DNA from: Octopus vulgaris
Lineage: Eukaryota
Reading direction: 5' to 3'
Length of the DNA: 64,000 nt
Assembly (NCBI GenBank): GCA_951406725.2
Contig: OX597818.1
Coordinates: 19,282,001-19,346,000 of the forward strand
This document shows positions 12,180-24,885 of the stretch, in pieces. The notes beneath the pieces were generated by a model, which searched no databases, was not told where the DNA came from, and was given only the letters and a program-made list of their open reading frames with translations. Positions within the stretch are counted from its first letter, which is position 1. Every line of letters starts with the position of its first letter. A program made the position numbers and the translations under genes.

Positions 12180-12184
<5 letters not shown>
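11986..12184. mobile_element. PLE terminus ending in a perfect 128-bp palindrome (12057-12184)
   Basis: Zero-spacer palindrome centred on AAG|CTT at 12120/12121; flanked by (TA)n on both sides. Confidence 0.7.
12119..12169 (+). ncRNA. Type I hammerhead motif with canonical core (mirror copy 12072-12122, minus strand)
   Basis: agcttc-CTGATGA-t ttc tctt gaa t-GAAA-CAG ttctagtc CTG-TA^gaagct. Confidence 0.7.
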
Positions 12185-12251
<67 letters not shown>

Positions 12252-12448
12252 GAAAGAAATAGAAAAATTAATTTTAAATCTCTGAGTTATGTTTATATGC
12301 CAACAGAATGTGGCAGTCCTATAAAGAACGCTGTTGCTGTTGTTTTAGCCCCAGGAAAACATCTTCTCCAGCTGGCTATCGACACAGTTTGTATCCGTAT
12401 AGCATTTGCAAATGCTATACGGACACATTCTGTTAGCATCTAATCATT

Positions 12449-12495
<47 letters not shown>

Positions 12496-12497
<2 letters not shown>

Positions 12498-12698
12498 TTA
12501 ATCCAAACATGAAAAAACAAAAAGAAAACACAACAACGCGAGGACGTAGAACAAGTATAGTGTTATTGGACGCTCAGGAAAGGAAAGAAAGAAGGAGGAT
12601 TTAACGTTTCGAGCTCTTCGTCAGAAACATAGGAAAAGGGGAGATCCAAGGAAGGGAAGACGGAGGAAAAAAATCGCCAACGGTACACACGCGGTCAC

Positions 12699-12699
<1 letters not shown>
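12496..12699 (-). mobile_element. About 200-bp PLE-terminus element; HHR (12599-12628) with partly deleted stem II
   Basis: Same ends as 3781-3979; CTGACGA-agagctc-GAAACGTT; in (TA)n. Confidence 0.75.
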
Positions 12700-12765
<66 letters not shown>

Positions 12766-13688
12766 ATATATGCACACAAACAAACAAACATACATACATA
12801 CATACATACATACATACATACATACATACATACATACAAACGTACATAGAAAGAAAGAGATAGCTAAAGAAAAAAATAGTGTCGCAGCTGGGCAGGTTAG
12901 TAGGGTGCTGGACCATCAACCAAAGCGCTAGTGCTTCGTATCTTGCCATTGATAATAGCCCATCTAGATTGTTAAACACCCAGCCAGTTACATGTAGATT
13001 CGCCACTGCTGTGAGTGGCAGAAGCCCCCTGCAATTAATGACGTGCATTTTGCTAGCTTACGGCATTCATTTCTTCCCCATCCGAGGAGATATCTTAGCG
13101 ATTAATCCAGTCATCTTCAAACCATGGCCATATATGATTTCCTACTAGATGTACTCTATAGAAGACAAATTAAGTAGCCACGCTTCTTTCGAGCTGAAAT
13201 GGTTAAGGGGGCTCACCAACATCATCACTATAAATAGAAGAATAGCGAACAATCTATATGTTACAACATACGGCGTAGCTAAAGTTCTCCCGTAGCTGCT
13301 GGATGCTGGAAAACCATAAGATGATATGGGGAACTTCGCTTGGTGAATACTAAAGTATTTTTGGTTTCAAGCAAGAACTGAACATTCTATCATGAATGAA
13401 TCACAGAAAATTTAAAAAAAGAAGGTGGTGATTGTGGTGGTGGTGCTGCTGGCAGCAGCAGCGGCGGCAGTAGTGGTGGTAGGGTTGTTTTCAATTTTTC
13501 AGCCCTGACATCAACTTAGTATTTATTTCTCAGCAGCATTCCGTATCGATTTGTTTATTCATGTCGTTGTAGCTTTTTATGGTTATGTGATATACGTTGT
13601 TAGATTCCGAGATGTAAATTGCCTTTATACCATATGTTAAATTATGTATTCAAGATAGCGAAACATCTATGCGTTAACTGTGGATAAT

Positions 13689-13850
13689 AGGCGAGGACAT
13701 GGTCGTGTGTGGTCATAAAAGCTCGGTTTGAAAGCATATGGCTTTGGTATCGGTCCCATTGCGCGGTACTTTGGGTTAGTGTCTTTGACTATAGCCCCAG
13801 ACCGACCAAAGTGTTGTGAGTGGGCTTGAAAGAAGGAAACTGTGTAGATA
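13689..13850 (+). mobile_element. SINE family A head, decayed
   Basis: ggtcccattgcgcggtactttggg...gtgtctttgactatagcccc...ccgaccaaagtgttgtgagtgg. Confidence 0.6.
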
Positions 13851-13851
13851 G

Positions 13852-13911
<60 letters not shown>

Positions 13912-13916
<5 letters not shown>

Positions 13917-16900
13917 TAATCCAAACGGGAAAACAGAAAAAACAACAATACGTGGAACAATTACAGTATTATTATTATTAGGCGCTCAGGAAAATGGAAG
14001 AAGGAGGGTATGACGTTTCGAGCGGAGCTCTTCGTCGGAAACATAGGAGAAAGAAAGATCCCGAGACGGGAGGACAGAGGAAAAAAAAATTGCAGGTAGT
14101 CTTCACGAGGGCACATACTGAAAAGACGGAAGTTGTAAAAAAGGAGGAAAATGTTTTTTAAAAACAGGATTGCTGAATCAAAGAGGTAAAAAAGGTGTGC
14201 GAGAAAACGAGGGTGTGTGTATGTGTGTGTGCGTGTGTGTGTATGTGTGTATGGTGGACAGTGGCTAGTAGCAGGCAGTAGTAGAGTTAAAGGAGTGTGT
14301 GGGGGTACCCTAGCAAGTGAGAAAGGCAGGTCAGAAACAGGGAGGTATGTGTGTGTGCGTGTGTATGTATGTGTGAGTGTGTGCGTGTGCGTGTGTGTAT
14401 GTGTGTGTGAGGCGAGATAAAAAACAAAAAATATGTATATGTTAGTGCGTGCAGGGCGAACAGATGACAAGCAAGTCTCGAGTGAGTGGTCAGTGGTAAA
14501 AAATGGGAGGAAGGAGGGAAGAAGGGAAGGAGGGAAAGGGTGGGGGCGTATGTAACGTGCCAGTGTGTGTGTAGAGTGGTAGTGTGTCCAGTGTGCGTAG
14601 TTGTGTGTATGGCAAGTAAATTTGAAGTGTGTGTAAGTGTAATGTATATATATATGCAAATGTGTGTGTGAGTGGGTGTGTGTATGTGTGTGCGTGTGTG
14701 TACAAAGAGGGGGGTGTTTAAGGAAAAAAAAACTGCAGCGGAGGGGGGGGAAGAGGAAGATGGAAGAGTGGTCCCGCGGCGACAGGCGTGGGAGAACCCA
14801 AAGACACGCGCCGGCCCCAGATACGTACAGGAGATCTAGTCGGTCAAACCACGAGCGTGGTGCATGCATGCGCGTATGCGTGCGCGAACGTGCACAAGCG
14901 TGTATGTGCGCGCGCCTGCGAGTGTGTGTGTAAGTATGTATGTGTGTGGATGTGTGAGTGTGTCTGTGTGTAAGTCTGGGTGTCAGTGTGTCCGATGAAT
15001 GTATGTAAGTATGTGTGTGTATATGTGTGTATATAGATGTATGTCCGTGTGTGTGTGTGTGTGTATGTGTATGAGTGTGTATGTATGTACGTGTGTGTGT
15101 GTGGAAGTGTGTGTAGGTGCATGTGTATGCGCGTACATGCAGGTGTGTGAGTGAGTGTGTGTGTGTGTGTATGTATGTGTGAGTGTGTATGTCTGTGTGT
15201 GTAGGATGCATGTGTGTGTATGGGTGTATGTATGTGTGTGTGTGTGTATGTATGTGTACGTGCGTGTGTGTGTGTATGCATGTATGCATGTATGCGTATG
15301 CATGTGCGTATGTGTGTGTGTATGTGTGTGTGCATGTGTGTAGGTATATATGTATGTGCGTATATGTGTGTGTATGTGCGTACATGTGTGTGTGTGTATG
15401 CATATGTGTGTATGTAGGTGTGTAGGCGTGTGTGTATAGGTGTATGTATGTAAGTATGTATGGGTGTGTCCGTGTGTGTGTGTGTATGCATGTGTGTGTA
15501 TGTAGGTGTGTGGGCGTGTGTGTATAGGTGTATGTATGTATGTATGTATGGGTGTGTCCGTGTGTGTTTGTGTGTGTGTGTGTGTATGCATGTGTATGTA
15601 GGTGTGTGTGTACGTGTGTAATATATGTATGTACGCGTGTGTGTGCGTGTGTATGCGTGTGTGTGTGTATGTAGGTGCGTATGTATGTGTGTGGGAGTGT
15701 AGGTGTGTGTGTGCGTGTATGTGTGCGTGTGCGTGTATATGTTGGTGTGTGTGTATGTGAGTGTGAGTGTATGGGTGTTAGTCATGCATGTGTGTGCGCG
15801 TGCAGGCGAGTGTGTGTGTAAGTATGTGTGTGTGTATGTATGTGTGAGTGTGTATCTGTGTATGTCTGTGTGTATGTATGTGCGTATAGGAGTATGTAAG
15901 TATGTGTATCTGTATGTGTGTGGTGTATGTATGTATGTATGTGTGTGTGTGCATGTGTGTGCGTATGTATGTGTATGTGTATGTGTCTGTGTTTATGTAT
16001 GTGTGTATGTATGTGTGTAGGCGTGTGTGTATAGGTGTATGTATGTATGGGTGTGTGTCTGTGAGTGTTTGTGTGTGTGTGTAGGTATGTGTGTATGTAT
16101 GAGTGAAGGTATGGCTGTGTAGGTGTGTGTGTGTGAATACAATGTATGTAGGTGTGTGTGTGTATGTGTGCGTGTGCGTGTGTATGTGTGTGTGTGTATG
16201 CGTGTGAGTGTGAGTGTATGGGTGTATGTGTATGTCTGAAGTAGGTATGTGTGTGTATGTATGTGTGTGTGTGTGTGTGTGTGTGTGCGGGTATGTGTGT
16301 GTGTGTGTATGTGTGTGTGTAAGTGTGTGTGTGAGTAGGTGTGCGTGTATGTATGTGGGTAGGGATGCATGCGTGTGTGTGGGTATGTATGTATACATAC
16401 GCACGCACACACCCGAAGCACGCCCACACACACGAAGCACGCTCTCACACGCAACACACAAACAATACAACGCAAGCCCATGGGGCCGACCAACCCCCAG
16501 CACGCGCTAAGGCATGCGCGCGCGGGGGCCCCCGAACGACCCGCTCCACGGGAACCGAGGATCCATCAACCAAAACCAAAAAGCAGAAGGAGGGGGGTTT
16601 TGCCTGGGTGCAAATAGGTGTATGTGTGTGTGCATTCGTGTAAAGGTGTGCATGTGTGTGTATGTGTGTATGTATGTGTGTGTGCGTACATGTATGTGTG
16701 CATGTGTGTGTGTGTATGTAAGTATAGGTGTGTGAAGCATGTATGTGCGATGTGTGTGTATGTGTGTGTATGTATGTGCGTATGTATGTGTGTATGTATG
16801 TGTGTATGTATGTCTGTGTGTGTGTGTGTGTGTGTGTGTAAGTATGTATGTGTGTGTGTATGTATGTATGTATGTGTGTATGTATGTGCATGTTGGTTTG

Positions 16901-17304
16901 TATGTTAGTGTGTACATATATGTCTATAAGTATGTGTGATTAAATGTGTGAATGTGTGTACGTAGATGTGTATCCGTATGTGTGTGTGTGAACAGGCGTG
17001 TGGGATGTAGGTAGGTGTGTGTGTGGGGGGTGTTTATCCGGAAAAAAAAACCTTAGGAGGAGGGGGCTGTGTTAAGTCCGTGTGGGGTAGTAGTTTGTAG
17101 GGTGAAGATGTAGCGTTGCTCCAAGTGGAGCTTAGAAAGTGGACGACAATTGTGGGGGGCGAGGCCAAACACTGAGATGTCATCTAGGGAATGGCTGGCC
17201 GAGCGGAAGTGGCGTGCGACGGGAGAAAAAGAGTGTAGGCGAACGTCCCTCAAATGTTCCGTGAATCGGTCGGACAACCGGCGTCCCGTCTGTCCTACAT
17301 ACAG

Positions 17305-17306
<2 letters not shown>
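13912..17306 (-). mobile_element. 5'-truncated Penelope-like retroelement: GIY-YIG C-terminus, about 3 kb CA-rich 3' region, HHR terminus (14008-14042)
   Basis: GIY-YIG fragment and HHR (gttt-CCGACGA-a-gagctccgctc-GAAACGTC) on the same strand; both ends abut (TA)n. Confidence 0.7.
17053..17306 (-). pseudogene. GIY-YIG endonuclease C-terminal fragment (PLE type)
   Basis: [23 protein letters not shown]...SPVARHF...HS...[18 protein letters not shown]: YxGxT-R-R-EH, catalytic E and P-GLN motifs. Confidence 0.85.
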
Positions 17307-17383
<77 letters not shown>

Positions 17384-17387
17384 CACA

Positions 17388-17445
<58 letters not shown>

Positions 17446-17966
17446 TAGATATATATATTAATTATTGGTGAAGGCCGGTTTGTAGAGTTACTCTGGGTTT
17501 CTCGCCATAAAGATAGGTGGCACTTTGGGCAGTTGACAAAATACGGCAGAAATTGTATTCACCTCAATAGACGTCATTGATTGGTTGAAATTGCCAAAAT
17601 GCAAGAAATTAAACAACTAATAGCTTACAAACCACAGAAAAAGATGTTTTATGTAACACACTACCAGTATACGAAGTTTAAAAGTGTTTAGTTACATAGA
17701 AATTATTTTAAAAATCTGCCGGTCAAAGTGAAAAGATCCGAACGCATAATTATTCCCATCAAACACTAACCAGCAAAACTTCAACTTTATCTTTGACTAC
17801 TTTAATCTCAAATATTTGACAGTTTCACATCATCAGTCAAGGTGGAGCAGAATAGAAGCCATTAAAAGTGCCCCGAATTATCCTGATACGTCATGTAGGG
17901 TGTCCTTAAAAGTAGCATTCTCTTCCGGTGATATATCACGAAATTAATGTATCAATAAACCTTTAT

Positions 17967-18008
<42 letters not shown>

Positions 18009-18200
18009 TCACTCACTCTCCCTCTCTCTCTGTGAAAGTATATTAGTCAACCTGTTATCAGTACAAATCGAAGCGTTTCGCTGTTTCTAGGCGGAACTCT
18101 GGACCACTTTATTTTCACATTGTCCTACTTCACCCCCTGTGAGTCGACGGCGTTGAACACCTGCTGCTACACACACCAATACACAAACACACAGAGGCAT

Positions 18201-18253
<53 letters not shown>

Positions 18254-18452
18254 TACATATGTACATATATATTCATATACATACGTACATATTTCTGTAC
18301 TTATGCATGTATATATAACATACATATGTATGCGTGTATGAATGTATATGTGCATATATGTCTGTATGTGTGTGTGTATGTATGTATGTATGTTTGTACG
18401 TACGTATGTATGTATGTATGTATGTATGTTTGTACGTACGTATGTATGTATG

Positions 18453-18484
<32 letters not shown>

Positions 18485-18488
18485 CATA

Positions 18489-18932
18489 TCTCTCTATATA
18501 TAAACAGCAGTTTGTCTGTGTGTGTGTCTGTGTGTCTGTCAGGTTGTACCCTCACCCTGACCACGGCTTTCAACCGATTCAGATGAAACTTGACACACAC
18601 ATAGCCCAATGTCATAATTCAAAACTAACGCAGCGAACATTTTGAATAGTTCCCCCAGTTCTGAAAAAAATTGATAAATTCGCCACAATAGAAGCAATGT
18701 TCGAGTCAACGGAGCGTGCAAGGGAGTACTCGACTCGAACTTGCAAAGTGGAAATATTTTATTTTTACCTTTATATCTGGGACGTAGGACGTCCCGCACT
18801 AGCTATATCAAGATATAACTTCGTATTTTGTATTTTATGTGTAGATGTATATATATAGATGTACATGTAATATGTACACATATATACATGCACTAGCACT
18901 ATGACCCGGCAACGACGGGTCTTTAATGCTAG
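18489..18932 (+). mobile_element. Non-autonomous Helitron
   Basis: A|TC...tatatataaac 5' end; 3' hairpin gacccg-gcaacga-cgggtc then CTAG|T. Confidence 0.75.
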
Positions 18933-18950
18933 TATATATATATATATATA

Positions 18951-19159
18951 CTTTTCTACTCTAGGCACAAGGGCCAAAATTTTGGGGGAGGGGCCAGTCG
19001 ATTAGGTCGATCCCAGTACGCAACTGGTACTTAATGTATCTACCCCGAAAGGATGAAAGGCAAAGTCGACCTCGGCGGAATTTAAACTCAGAACGTAAAG
19101 ACAGACAAATTACCGCTAAGCATTTCGCCCGGCGTGCTAAGGTTTCTGCCAGCTTGCCT
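18951..19159 (-). mobile_element. SINE family B, near full length
   Basis: Minus: ggcaagctggcagaaaccttagcacgccgggcgaaatgcttagcgg...gagtttaaattccgccgaggtcgac...tgtgcctagagtagaaaag. Confidence 0.85.
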
Positions 19160-19299
19160 TATATATCTATATATATATATATATATATATATATCTATAC
19201 AATATGTTACATTACTCGGTAACATATTGTATAGATAAATTTCCTCTATTTACATAATATTGAGGTCTCTTTCTTTCTTTTGTTATCTTACCGTTTTAT

Positions 19300-19422
<123 letters not shown>

Positions 19423-19569
19423 CAGAGTATACTGGGAACTTTATCACAAATGATCGTTTCGATACATGCTACACCGCTCCCTCATTGGTAAGAAACTATA
19501 CAAATAATTACAGTGCATCTATATATATCTATATATCTATGATTTTTAACTAATATATATGGGGAGGCG

Positions 19570-19617
<48 letters not shown>

Positions 19618-20186
19618 CAACAAATTGAGGAACGGCCATAATAGGCCGTTTGACTCACTAGAAGAAGCAGTCAGGCGCAAATAGTAGTAATTCCGTAAAC
19701 AGAGAAAAATTAAAAAAACATTTACCCTGTTTATCTTTAGACAATGCATTGTTTCATCGTTTTTTATTGGTAAATCAGCCTGATTAAATTAAATCAAGTT
19801 AATCTTCCAAAGGCCAACGCAATTCATCAGTAAAGAGGCCAGGTGCCACACAATCCATATGTGTAGGTAATGAATATCTATTAAGATTACTCCACACTTT
19901 GAACAAAAGTTTAACGTATTTAGCACCAAACTTCAGCGGATAAAAGAGAATCTGTAAGCACATATTTACAATTTGTTAGTAATATGGGATTCTGTAGAAG
20001 CAACAGGGCATTAGTTTTCAATAAACAAAAACTTAGTAAATACCTTAATCGAAGAAAAATGTAAGTGGAACCTGTATCTTTGTGATTCTTTCGGAGGAAT
20101 TATGGTACATGAATATCGTAATATCGTGTAAGTTGTATGAAGCCGTATCATCTCGATAAACAAATCCATTATTGCCAAGTTCTCAA

Positions 20187-20325
20187 CTAACCAACCACAT
20201 GGTTCCGGGTTCAGTCCCACTGCGTGGCATCTGGGGCAAGTGTCTTCTGCTATAGCCTCGGGCCGGCCAATGCCTTGTGAGTGGATTTGGTAGACGGAAA
20301 CTGAAAGAAGCCTGTCGTATATATG

Positions 20326-20396
<71 letters not shown>

Positions 20397-20620
20397 TTGT
20401 GTGTCTGTGTTTGTTCCCCTAGCATTGCTTGACAACCGATGCTGGTGTGTTTACGTCCCCGTCACTTAGCGGTTCGGCAAAAAGAGACCGATAGAATAAG
20501 TACTGGGCTTACAAAAAGAATAAGTCCCGGGGTCGATTTGCTCGACTAAAGGCGGTGCTCCAGCATAGCCGCAGTCAAATGACAAACAAGTAAAAGAGTA
20601 AAAGAGTAAAGAGTAAGAGT
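20187..20620 (+). mobile_element. SINE family A, slightly 5'-truncated
   Basis: Body matches 2454-2921; internal (TA)n(TG)n; (gtaaaaga)n tail. Confidence 0.85.
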
Positions 20621-20785
20621 AACGTAAAATAGAGCTTCGTAAACGCGTGTGCAGTATTACATTTAGATTTACTGCAGAACAACAAGGGTACCTAAAACAG
20701 TTAACGAAAGCATGGTCTTTGTAACAAGTTACATCCATACTCCCTCAAGAGTGCCGGCTAACTGTACTGTATTAGATAGATCTGA

Positions 20786-21141
20786 GGAGGCGCAATGGCC
20801 CAGTGGTTAGGGCAGCGGACTCGCGGTCGTAGGATCGCGGTTTCGATTCCCAGACCGGGCGTTGTGAGTGTTTATTGAGCGAAAACACCTAAAGCTCCAC
20901 GAGGCTCCGGCAGGGATGGTGGTGATCCCTGCTGTACTCTTTCACCACAACTTTCTCTCACTCTTACTTCCTGTTTCTGTTGTACCTGTATTTCAAAGGG
21001 CCGGCCTTGTCACTCCCTGTGTCACGCTGAATATCCCCGAGAACTACGTTAAGGGTACACGTGTCTGTGGAGTGCTCAGCCACTTACACGTTAATTTCAC
21101 GAGCAGGCTGTTCCGTTGATCGGATCAACCGGAACCCTCGT
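20786..21141 (+). mobile_element. tRNA-derived SINE family C
   Basis: ggaggcgcaatggcccagtggttagggcagcggactcgcgg...ggtttcgattccc head; body shared with 29980-30278. Confidence 0.85.
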
Positions 21142-21417
21142 TAAAATTGTTCGAGACCTTAGAGAACTTTAAAACCCCACAGGAAGGTACATTATTTAGT
21201 AGCACTATCAGACCAAGATGACTTAATAAGTTTCTTTTTTTTTTTTATATGAATGAAAACAGAATTTCTGTCGATTTCGACGCTGAACATTCACTGATTT
21301 GTTTGATTAATTGAGCTACCGAGTTCATTGTATTGACATGTAACTGACTGAAGGTTCCATACACACGTGTCCCTTTAACGTAATTCTCAGGTAGAATCAG
21401 CGTCACAAAGTGAATTA

Positions 21418-22265
21418 TAGGGTGTTCGGGTTAAATTTGACGATTTTATTAATGTCGCTTTTTTTTGTTTTATCGGGAAGAGCTGAACAGTCAACGGCGT
21501 TGAAGAGTATAAAGGTTAAAGTTGTAGTTGAGAAAACGTTAACTAACATGAAGGATTCCAATACCATCCAGATATTGGAAAATAGTTATTTGCATCATGA
21601 TGATCGTTGCGGATATTAAAATGCCGATATCATGACTGCTGCTCAGTACTCTGTGATTAATGTAAAGGCTGTAAGACGTGATATGGACTACGAAACCGTG
21701 GCCACCCGGAAGAGATACAGCAGGCGTTCTAATTGCGTCCACATGCCGAGATTCATCCCCATATCCTTGAACAAGGTCTTACAGGTCGATCCTTGAATGG
21801 AGAAGGTTCCTGATGAAGGCCATATATGTGGCGGCCGGATTCGGCACTTTGCTATACCCCCGGAAAGAGTCGTCAGCGGTCGTCGAAGAATTTCTATAAC
21901 TTTACCAATCCCAATTTCTGGCCTCCTAATTAACCGATGTAATTTCATGGACTGCTATGTGTGGGGCATAGTTGAGAAAGATACCAACGTTCTGCCTACA
22001 ACACCAAGGCCGAACTGGCGGCTAAGATCAAGGACGTGTTCGAAGATCTTCCTAGGGAAACACAGAGAGGAATACATGCGCTATGTTCCGGATCCGTCTT
22101 GAGGTCGCGGTGGAAGCTGAAGGCGGCTGCTTTGAGTAAAGTGTTATCTCCCGGTCATCATCTATTTGATACTGAAAATTTTTTTTTAATACTTTTATAT
22201 TTGGGTTGGCTGTTGTGTTTTCTTTTCCTTTTTATGCAAACTGCCGGATTTAGCCTAAAACCCTA
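21418..22265 (+). mobile_element. Decayed, internally deleted maT (DD37D)-like Tc1/mariner element
   Basis: Frameshifted motifs PYMWRPDSALCYT (compare WQQDSAPCH) and NFWPPN/DCNFMDCYVWGIVEKDTN (compare WPPNSPDLNPMDYYVWG); imperfect TIRs tagggtgttcgggttaaat / atttagcctaaaacccta. Confidence 0.7.
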
Positions 22266-22643
22266 ATATAATTCATTCGATGGGCTTCAACATAGTTCCC
22301 GTCTATCTAATTTCGTTCATAAAGCTTGGGTTGACTCGAGGAAGTTCTGGTTAAAAGCGCTTACCAAATGCACCAATCAGAGAGATCTCATAAGAGATCT
22401 TATGACTACGAAACGAATTTCTTAACCATTCGGCTATGCTCCATCCAAGAAAAATAGCCAGGGTATGAAAAATAGCTCGGTATGAAAACCAAATGTGAAG
22501 TTCGATGCAAACATAATTAATTGTAATAAGCCAAGATATCTTAATTTTAATTCCACCCATTGTAAGAAGTTGTGATAAAGAATATACTTCGTTGAAGAGG
22601 TCAGATAAGATAAAGACATTTTGGGTTTTCACTATATTCTCAT

Positions 22644-24501
22644 CGTATCAGGACAATTAACCCCCTAGGACAATTACCTCCCTAAGACAATCCCCCCACC
22701 GATGACAACTACTCTCTAGGAAAATTACCCTCGTTGGTTAATTACCCACTCTTCAATACATTAAGAAGTTTTAAATCATCGTCTAAAAGTGCGAATTATA
22801 CGCGATTCCTCGCAAATATTGTATCATATTTATGTTTTCATAATTGCTAACGGCATTAATACGGGTTGAAACATCTAAATGTTTCTTTCTAGAGGGCTGT
22901 TTAGCAAAACCCGTCAAGTATTGAGTCATAAGTACTAGTTGTAACGCTTGCTCTCTTTTGATAAAGCGCACCAGTGTTTAAAAGGGTTATAGAGCTACGG
23001 GTCTGCTGCAAGCTTTTTTGTTGTTGACGTGTATGTAGTTTCAAAATGCCTTATTTTACAACTATGAAATGTATTGTTATGATTTTTTCGTAAATATTAG
23101 AGTCTTTATTAGGTTAAAAATAACATTATCAAAACATGAAGGTAAAACAAAACGAATATGCTTTGTTTTCTTCCAGGCAATGTAATGTAGTAGTAGTCTT
23201 ACGCGTTGTTCACCGACCAACCTTTCCTCTGAAAAAAAATCAGTGGAATCATTCGATCTCCATACACAAATTATTTCCCTCCTGAAACTTATAAAAATAC
23301 TCACATTAGGCGCACCTTTCTCTTAGCCGTACACTAAATTTCTCAGGTAAAAAATAGCGGTTTATGCACCGGAAAATACGGTGCACATCGGGGGTTAACT
23401 GCTTGGTGGTAATTGTCCTAGCGGGTAATTGTCCTACGGGGTTGTTGCCCTCGGAGGTAATTGTCCTTAGTGACAAATGTCTCCTTTCTAACGCCGCACG
23501 GTCGCTCCTAACAAAATAAGAAGCCAAATAATGATATAAAATACAGCGCCAAAAGGAATAAATGAGGACGACAACCGTTCTACTGTTTGAGAGAGAAGAA
23601 GACTTTATTTACAAAGTGTACAAAGAGAGTGTGTGTGATTGCTAGCAAAGTGGAGTGTCTGTGTGCATGCGACAAATGTTTGTGTCTGTGTGTTCGTGTG
23701 TGCAACAGAAGGTGTATGCGTATAAAACAGAATACAGAGCATAAGATCAGCATATTGAGTTAAGGTACACGATAGCAATAGTTCTGTAACAAGATGTTGG
23801 GGTCATGAGGCAGAATGCCGGTTAGACACATGTCGTGTAGCGGTCTGTGGCTTCAATGTTGTGCCGAGTCTCTTGATACAGGAAGTTCTTTCAGGTAGAC
23901 TGTAACTGTTTACCTCGGTGAAATATTCACAACAGCTTGGAGTTTAAACCTGAACGAGTGCTGTGTACGTATTTGAAGATGACGGTGGTAATGGTGACGG
24001 TGGTGGAGACGTCCTACGCTGCTGGCGTATATTAGCGTCATCATGGCTGGATCAGGAACACGGTTGGCTGGGTGGTCGTCTGTCGCTAGAACTGGAATAT
24101 GGCTGAGTCGCTCGGTGGTCAGAGGTTAGTCCTGAAAAGGACTGGAACCTAAGACCGGTGTTGCTGGAACATGGTTGAGTGTTCGGTGGTCAGTGACTAG
24201 ACCTTAGAATGTCTAGAGCCAAAGACCTGGAATAGTGAATGCTGGCGCCTTATAAAGCCTGGGGTAGGCTCAAATGAAGTAGACCTTATCCGAAGGCCTT
24301 GATTGGTTGGCTTACACACTGGCGCGAAATAAGTCGAGAGACAAACTGCGCCAATGCCAACCAATCAGAGCAGTGGACACAACAGGGTCAAAATAGCCAA
24401 AGATGGTTGTTATCTCACACGAGATCATTCCTAATATGTCTCTCAAACAGTGAGGATATCAGTTACGCTACATGTCTATGGGGTGTAAATGTCCGAGACT
24501 C
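22644..24501 (-). mobile_element. Mutator/Phantom-like element with sub-repeated TIRs
   Basis: Tandem ggacaattacc-type motifs at 22650-22735 mirrored at 23390-23482 and 24473-24495; 8-bp TSD attctcat (22636-22643, 24502-24509); C-terminal remnant MIQYLRGIAYN. Confidence 0.65.
23487..24472 (-). mobile_element. Solo-LTR-like insertion nested in the right TIR of the Mutator-like element
   Basis: Minus strand starts TGTAGCG and ends CGTTAGA (near-inverted termini); CCAAT boxes about 24300-24366, TATA-like about 24251, AATAAA about 23604-23609; TSD ambiguous. Confidence 0.45.
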
Positions 24502-24885
24502 ATTCTCATAGCTCAAACTTACTCTTTACTGCAACGTCCACAATCTCTATTTTTAATTAATTAAAACCTCGCGTTTGTTTTTTAATCCAGCTTTTCTTTT
24601 TTGACTCGAATTATTAATTAAACTTATGATATTTTGCCTAATCACGCGAGTAATTGTAATTAATTTTAATATCTTAATTAATTAAAATTTCTATGCTGAC
24701 TGCATTGTTTGCTTCTTGGTGTAAATATACGTACATATATATCTGAATGTACGTGAGAGTGTGTAAGTGTAAGTGTATGCGTGAATGTTACACTCCTTCA
24801 CTATGTGTGTAGACTCACACACAAATACACACACAAATACGCGCACACGCGCACACATTAATGTTTTCCATGTCAAGTTGTAATA

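Noticed and set aside
13961-16939. Long ORFs (480, 313, 241 aa and others) rich in His/Thr/Tyr or Val/Cys/Met
   Set aside because: Translations of (CA)/(TACA) low-complexity DNA, open in several frames on both strands
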